From positions 1,984,001 to 2,048,000 of the forward strand of contig CBDFLJ010000001.1 in NCBI GenBank assembly GCA_965248835.1: a stretch of DNA of 64,000 nt, read 5' to 3'. The notes beneath the pieces are model-generated. The model did no database searches and was not told the origin of the DNA. It saw only the letters and a list, made by a program, of their open reading frames with translations. The stretch comes from Alphaproteobacteria bacterium (GTDB lineage Bacteria; Pseudomonadota; Alphaproteobacteria; MPNO01). The position numbers and the translations under genes were made by a program. Position 1 is the first letter of the stretch. Each line of letters starts with the position of its first letter. Below, piece after piece: positions 56,687-64,000 of the stretch.

Positions 56687-57835
56687 TCAGTCGGTGAGGT
56701 CTTCCCAGAGCTCCTTCACCTTAGTGAAGAAGCCTTCGGACTCCGGGCTGGTCGAGCGGGCCTCGCCGGTGCCGCCCGGGGCCTCGAACTCGCGCAGCAG
56801 CGCCTGCTGGCGCTTGTTCAGGTTGACCGGCGTCTCGACCTGGATCTCGATGACCATGTCACCACGGCCGCGGCCGTGCAGCCCGGTCATGCCCTTGCCG
56901 CGCAGCCGGAACTGGCGCGCCGACTGGGTGCCGGCCGGAATCGTCACCTTGGCCAGCGTGCCGTCGATCGTCGGCACCTCGACCGTGCCGCCGAGCGCGG
57001 CGGTGGTCATCGGGATCGGCACACGGCAGAACAGCGTCATTGCCTCGCGCTCGAACAGCGCGTGCGAGGCGATGCTGACGAAGATGTAGAGATCGCCGGT
57101 CGAGGCCCCGTTGAGCCCGGCTTCGCCTTCGCCGGCAAGCCGGATTCGGGTGCCGTCCTCCACGCCCCGCGGGATGGTGACCGCCAGCGTCTTTTCGCGC
57201 CGCACGCGGCCTGAGCCGGTGCACGCCTTGCACGCATCCTCGATCACCTGGCCGACGCCGCCGCAGGTCGGGCAGGTCCTCTCGATGGTGAAGAAGCCCT
57301 GCTGGGCGCGGACCTTGCCGCGGCCCTGGCACATGCCGCAATTGGCCGGCCGGCTGCCCGGCGCGGCGCCGGAGCCGTGGCAGGTGTCGCAGCTCACCGA
57401 GGCCGGGATCCTGATCTTGGTCTCGTGGCCGCGATAGGCCTGCTCGAGCGAGATTTCCATGTTGTAGCGCAGGTCCGCGCCGCGGGCGCCGCCGGTGCCG
57501 CCGCCGCGCCGACCGCCCATGAAATCGCCGAACATCTCGTCGAAGATGTCGGCGAAGCCCGAGCCGAAATCAAACCCGCCGCCCTGGCCGCCCGCGCCCG
57601 GTCCGCCGTTCTCGAACGCCGCATGGCCGAAGCGGTCATAGGCCGCGCGCTTCTGGTCGTCCTTCAGGACGTCATAGGCCTCGCTGATTTCCTTGAACTT
57701 CTGCTCTGCCCCCGCATCACCCTGGTTGCGGTCGGGGTGATACTTCATGGCCAGCTTGCGGTAAGCCTTCTTGACCGTCTCGGCATCGTCGCCCTTGGCG
57801 ACGCCCAACATGTCGTAATAGTCCTGCTTGGCCAT
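56687..57835 (-). CDS. dnaJ: Chaperone DnaJ
   Basis: HPD motif, G/F region, four CxxCxGxG repeats. Confidence 0.97.
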   Translation of the reverse strand: MAKQDYYDMLGVAKGDDAETVKKAYRKLAMKYHPDRNQGDAGAEQKFKEISEAYDVLKDDQKRAAYDRFGHAAFENGGPGAGGQGGGFDFGSGFADIFDEMFGDFMGGRRGGGTGGARGADLRYNMEISLEQAYRGHETKIRIPASVSCDTCHGSGAAPGSRPANCGMCQGRGKVRAQQGFFTIERTCPTCGGVGQVIEDACKACTGSGRVRREKTLAVTIPRGVEDGTRIRLAGEGEAGLNGASTGDLYIFVSIASHALFEREAMTLFCRVPIPMTTAALGGTVEVPTIDGTLAKVTIPAGTQSARQFRLRGKGMTGLHGRGRGDMVIEIQVETPVNLNKRQQALLREFEAPGGTGEARSTSPESEGFFTKVKELWEDLTD

Positions 57836-57940
57836 ACTCCCGAACCCTGAATCGACGGCCACTCAGCTCATTGGCAGACGGCCCCGAGAATGCGGCGGCG
57901 CACCATCGAGGCCTGTCCTGAAATCTGCAAGGGAAACGGC

Positions 57941-59884
<1,944 letters not shown>

Positions 59885-59980
59885 TTCAATCCTCACTCAT
59901 TGCGGCGAACGCACGCGGCCCTTTGCGGCGCCGCCCGCGTCCCCTACGGTTAAAGCACGAGAACGTCAATTGCCGGCGAT

Positions 59981-60009
59981 ATATAGGAATGCAGCCCCGG
60001 CGGTACAAC
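59981..60009 (-). promoter_or_regulatory. Candidate RpoH (sigma32) promoter of dnaK
   Basis: Minus strand GTTG-N18-CCTATAT, close to the alphaproteobacterial CTTG-N17-CYTATNT consensus. Confidence 0.6.
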
Positions 60010-60047
60010 CGCAGACCGCCAGTTTACCGGCGTTCGGACAAGATTGC

Positions 60048-60908
60048 ATGATCATATCGGCGAGCTATCGAACCGATATCCCGGCGTTCTACGGCGCGTG
60101 GTTCGAAAACCGCCTGGCGGCCGGATACTGCCTGGTCGCCAACCCCTATGGCGGCAAGCCGTACCGGGTCGGCCTGGAGCGGGATGCCGTCGACGGCCTG
60201 GTCTTCTGGACCCGCAATCCCGGGCCGTTCCTGCCCACGCTCGCCCGCCTTGCGGACACCGGCTATCCGTTCGTGGTCCAGCTTACCGTCACCGGTCACC
60301 CCAGGGTGCTGGAGAGCTCGGTTCCCGAACCGGCCCGCGCAGTCGGGTACGCGCGCCGGATCGCCGGGGATTTCGGCCCGCGGGCGCTGGTCTGGCGCTA
60401 CGACCCGATCATCCAGACCGATTCGAGCCCGCTGGAGAGGCATGGCGAGGCGTTCGCGCGTCTGGCCGATGCGATGGCCGGAAGCACCGACGAGGTCGTG
60501 GTCTCGTTTGCGAGCCTCTACCGGAAGACGGTTCGCAACCTGGTACGGGCCGGCATCGCCTATGCCGACCCGCCGGTCGAGGCCAAGAAGTCGCTGCTTG
60601 CCGATCTGGCCCGGATGGCCGCCGAACGCGGCATCGCGCTCGCCGTCTGCAGCCAGCCCGACCTCGCCGTCCCGGGCACCCGGCCGGCGCGTTGCGTCGA
60701 CGCCGATCGGCTCGCCGAGATCGCCGGTCGGCCGATCGCGGCCCCCGAGAAGGGCAACCGGCCGGATTGCGCCTGTCACCGATCCAGGGACATCGGGGCC
60801 TACGACACCTGCCCGCATGGCTGCGTGTACTGCTACGCGGTCGCGAGCCGCGCCAAGGCCCGTGCGCGGCATGCCGGCCACGATCCCGACAGCGAATTTC
60901 TGATCTAG
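60048..60908 (+). CDS. DUF1848 family protein
   Basis: MIISASYRTDIPAFY, VFWTRNP, WRYDP, C-terminal CPHGCVYCYA. Confidence 0.9.
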   Translation: MIISASYRTDIPAFYGAWFENRLAAGYCLVANPYGGKPYRVGLERDAVDGLVFWTRNPGPFLPTLARLADTGYPFVVQLTVTGHPRVLESSVPEPARAVGYARRIAGDFGPRALVWRYDPIIQTDSSPLERHGEAFARLADAMAGSTDEVVVSFASLYRKTVRNLVRAGIAYADPPVEAKKSLLADLARMAAERGIALAVCSQPDLAVPGTRPARCVDADRLAEIAGRPIAAPEKGNRPDCACHRSRDIGAYDTCPHGCVYCYAVASRAKARARHAGHDPDSEFLI

Positions 60909-62452
60909 GAGTCGTCTCCCCGCTTGAACCCGCCTTGCACGATGCGGTCGATGATCATGGCGCAGAAGAGAATGGCGAGGCCGGCCAGAAGGCCTTGACC
61001 CTTGGCCGCGTATTGCAGGGCGACGAGGACGTCGCTGCCGAGGCCCTCGGCGCCGATCAGCGATGCGATCACCACCATCGACAGACACATCAGGATGGTC
61101 TGGTTGACCCCGGTCATGATCGACGGCAAGGCCAGCGGCAGTTCGACGTCGAACAGCAGCTTTCGTTTCCGGCAGCCGAAGGCCAGGGCCGCCTCCTTGA
61201 TCGATCCTGGAACCCCCCTGATGCCGAGTGGCGTCAGCCGCACCACCGGGGGCATCCCGAAGACGATGGTTGCCAAGATCCCCGGCGGCTTGCCGGTGCC
61301 GAAAAACGCGATCACCGGAATCAGATAGACGAACGACGGCATGGTCTGCATGAAGTCGAGGATCGGCCGCGCGATGGCATAGACGGTCCGACTCTTGGCG
61401 CACCACACGCCCAAGGGAAGCCCCATGACGACACACAGGACCGCCGCCGTTCCCGGCAGCGCCACCGTCGCCATCGACTTCTCCCAGTAGCCCATGAAGG
61501 CCAGATAGGCCAGAGCCGCCACCGTAAAGACCGCCACGCGCGGGCCGGCCAGACGCCATGCCAGAACCACGATCACCAGCATGGTCACCGGCCAGGGCGT
61601 ACCGACCAAAATCGCCTCCAAACCGTCGAGAAGCCCTCGAATCGCCGCGTTAATGCCGTCGAAAACACCGGCTCCCTTGACCGCGATAAGGTCGAACTGC
61701 GCATCGAGCCAGGTCGACGTCCTGTTGTATATGCCCTTGTCCGCGGGAAAGACGGTGATGAAATCCGCCGGCTTGGAAACGGTGAAACGATAAAGCGTCA
61801 GCGGATACATGATCAGGATCATCGCAATTCCGAATATTGTCTCCCGCCTCCGGATACCGCCGCCCTCGGCGGGAGCGATCCGCCAGCGCCCGTACTTCTT
61901 CTCATGGGCCGGGTTGGCCAGAAACCCTTGTGCCAGCATGGCTGCCGCAACCAGGACAAGCCCGATGATCAGAAGCGTCGTTGCTCCCGCGGCTGCCTGT
62001 TCGGCGGCGGCCAGCGCCTTCGCGGCCGCCTTCTGCAGGTTCTCCGCATTGTGCATCAAGAACTCCGCGTTCGACGCGCCCGTCTCGATGGCCGCCTGCG
62101 CCCTAGCCGCCATCTCCATGGATTTGGTGTGCAAACGCTCGGCCCGCGCCAGCTTGTCCGCTCCCAAGTCGCCCCATAGACCCCGGCCCAATTGCACCAG
62201 CGCAAAGAGATCGATGATCAAGAAAGTCCAGAAGAACCCCCACACGCCTCGGGACGCCGCCCACACCGGCCCCATCAAGGCCGCCGCTCGATTGAACGAC
62301 CAGGCGAACCCACCGGCGCTCTGGATCTTCACGAACTCGGACGCATAGTAGTCGCCGTTCCGCTCGGCAAAGGTCCTTATCGAGTCGATCAGCGCCGCCG
62401 AGGACGGGTCCGCTCCGCCCATCGCTGCCGCGGCTTCCGTCGTGGCCGCCAT
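60905..62452 (-). CDS. Glycine betaine/proline ABC permease (ProW-like) with long N-terminal extension
   Basis: LDFMQTMPSFVYLIP, EAA loop, GVNQTI. Confidence 0.9.
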   Translation of the reverse strand: MAATTEAAAAMGGADPSSAALIDSIRTFAERNGDYYASEFVKIQSAGGFAWSFNRAAALMGPVWAASRGVWGFFWTFLIIDLFALVQLGRGLWGDLGADKLARAERLHTKSMEMAARAQAAIETGASNAEFLMHNAENLQKAAAKALAAAEQAAAGATTLLIIGLVLVAAAMLAQGFLANPAHEKKYGRWRIAPAEGGGIRRRETIFGIAMILIMYPLTLYRFTVSKPADFITVFPADKGIYNRTSTWLDAQFDLIAVKGAGVFDGINAAIRGLLDGLEAILVGTPWPVTMLVIVVLAWRLAGPRVAVFTVAALAYLAFMGYWEKSMATVALPGTAAVLCVVMGLPLGVWCAKSRTVYAIARPILDFMQTMPSFVYLIPVIAFFGTGKPPGILATIVFGMPPVVRLTPLGIRGVPGSIKEAALAFGCRKRKLLFDVELPLALPSIMTGVNQTILMCLSMVVIASLIGAEGLGSDVLVALQYAAKGQGLLAGLAILFCAMIIDRIVQGGFKRGDDS

Positions 62453-63514
62453 CTACTTGCCTCCCTGAATGCCCTGCAGCAATCGCGACTTGGTCACGAT
62501 CCCGATGTCGTTGTTCTCTTGATCGGTAATGACGATCGGCAATTCGGTCGTCACCGAGATGTCGATCAAATGATCCAGGTCGACGTTCTCCCCGGCGCGG
62601 GGCGCCCGGCTCAGATCCTCTCCCGGTGCCGGCGCGTAGCCGTCGATCGGTTCCATCACCGAACGGGCAGAGACGAGCTTGAGCTTCGAGATGTCCCGAA
62701 CAAAATCGGCGACATAGGCGTCCGCCGGGTTGAGCACGATTTCCTCTGGCGTACCGGTCGGGACGATCCGGCCGTCCTTCATGATGGCGATGCGGTCGCC
62801 GAGGCGGATCGCCTCGTCGAGATCATGGGTGATGAAAAGTGTCGTTTTGTGGAGGGTCTTGGCGAGCTCCAGGAATTGCTGTTGCAACTGCCGGCGAATC
62901 AAGGGATCGAGTGCCGAGAACGGCTCGTCCATCAACAGCACCGACGGGTCGCTGGCCAACACCCGGGCCAAGCCGACGCGCTGCTGCATGCCGCCCGAAA
63001 GCTCGTTCGGCAGCCGGTCCTGGAAGCCGTCGAGCTTGACCAGGGAGAGAGCCTGCCGGGATATTTCCCAGCGGCGGAACTTGGGCTCGCCGCGCACTTC
63101 CAGCGGAAAGGCGACATTGTCGCGAACCGACCGATGCGGCATCAGCGCTATGTGCTGGAACACCATGCCGATGTCCTTGGCTCGGAAGGCCCGGAGCTGC
63201 GCCTCGCCCATCGCCGAGACGTCGTTGCCGAGGACATGGATCGAGCCCGCCGTCGGTTCGATAAGGCGATTCAGGTGGCGCACCAGGGTCGACTTGCCGC
63301 TGCCGGACAAACCCATGATGCAGAAGATTTCGCCGCGGCGAACCGAGAAGGACACGTCGGCGATCCCGACGACACAGCCGAAACGCTCCAGGACTTCGGT
63401 CTTGTCCAGCCCTTCGCGCACGATCGCCGCCATGGCGTCTTCGGCCTTCGCGCCGAAGATTTTCCAAACGCCGTCGAGCTTGATGACCTCGTCCGCATCG
63501 ACCCGCATACCCAC
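62453..63514 (-). CDS. Glycine betaine/proline ABC ATPase (ProV-like)
   Basis: MGLSGSGKST, LSGGMQQRVG, MDEPFSALDPLIR. Confidence 0.93.
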   Translation of the reverse strand: MGMRVDADEVIKLDGVWKIFGAKAEDAMAAIVREGLDKTEVLERFGCVVGIADVSFSVRRGEIFCIMGLSGSGKSTLVRHLNRLIEPTAGSIHVLGNDVSAMGEAQLRAFRAKDIGMVFQHIALMPHRSVRDNVAFPLEVRGEPKFRRWEISRQALSLVKLDGFQDRLPNELSGGMQQRVGLARVLASDPSVLLMDEPFSALDPLIRRQLQQQFLELAKTLHKTTLFITHDLDEAIRLGDRIAIMKDGRIVPTGTPEEIVLNPADAYVADFVRDISKLKLVSARSVMEPIDGYAPAPGEDLSRAPRAGENVDLDHLIDISVTTELPIVITDQENNDIGIVTKSRLLQGIQGGK

Positions 63515-63670
63515 GGCAGCTTACCCTCCGGACCGAACGCGCACCCGCGCCATCGCCATCGCCGATTCGGGCCGCCCGGAGGCGCCTTCCGGCAACGAGA
63601 CCGCCGGTTCCAGGGCAAGCCGAGTGGGCATGCGCGCGGCCTCGGGGACCTCTCGAAATCCCGGCGGCGT

Positions 63671-64000
63671 CTAGTTGGACATCCAGGAGGCGACAAGGTC
63701 GGCGTTCTCCTCGACCCAAGCCGTCGCGTAGGCGTCGGGATCCTGCTTTTGCACCACCAGCGCGTAGCTCATGCGGCTCACCATGTCGACGTCGAGCTTC
63801 ACCTTGCCGAGCAGGTTCGCCGCCTCCGGATGGCTTTCTTCCAGAGCCTTGGCGAAATAAATGTGCAGGTAAGCCGAGTCCCAGGCGCTGCCGGCCTCCG
63901 ACTTGGCGAGCCAGTCCGGATCGTCGGTCGGCTGGATCACGTTCCAGTTGGAGGCTCCGTGCGGCGGCTCCTTCAGAATAACCAGCTCGTGAAGCGCGAA
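63671..64000 (-). CDS. Glycine betaine-type ABC substrate-binding protein, 5' part outside the window
   Basis: C-terminal AWVEENADLVASW; position upstream of the ATPase and permease. Confidence 0.8.
   Translation of the reverse strand, partial: FALHELVILKEPPHGASNWNVIQPTDDPDWLAKSEAGSAWDSAYLHIYFAKALEESHPEAANLLGKVKLDVDMVSRMSYALVVQKQDPDAYATAWVEENADLVASWMSN

Overview
High-GC bacterial chromosome segment, most likely an alphaproteobacterium (Rhodospirillales-like gene content). The secreted ankyrin protein and the many TRAP transporters and catabolic genes would fit a host-associated lineage such as a sponge symbiont, but that is inference only. Housekeeping anchors (rpmB, sufE, hslO-argF-argD, dapB-dnaJ-dnaK) are interspersed with catabolic genes (amidases, Rieske and flavin oxygenases, two orphan Mo-hydroxylase large subunits, SDRs, two MetE-like enzymes) and TRAP/TAXI/ABC transporters. 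No rRNA, tRNA, CRISPR, integrase or transposase is recognisable. Main observations: (1) a 2.1-kb integrase-free islet (27775-29919) bounded by a 79-bp direct repeat of an SDR gene 3' end, carrying a secreted ankyrin protein between two inward-facing, toxin-truncated higBA modules; (2) a second patchwork insertion (45226-47144) bounded by a ~160-bp duplicated promoter/gene start, containing an AbiJ/HEPN-like stub, a hydrolase stub and a dctP gene fused in frame to a Rieske-oxygenase start; (3) a third gene-start scar next to an AT-rich AAA-ATPase gene; (4) a perfect 26+1+26-bp palindrome made of two Fur-like boxes with a sigma70-like promoter on each strand, upstream of a Cys-rich hypothetical gene. 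All product calls come from motif recognition, not database searches.
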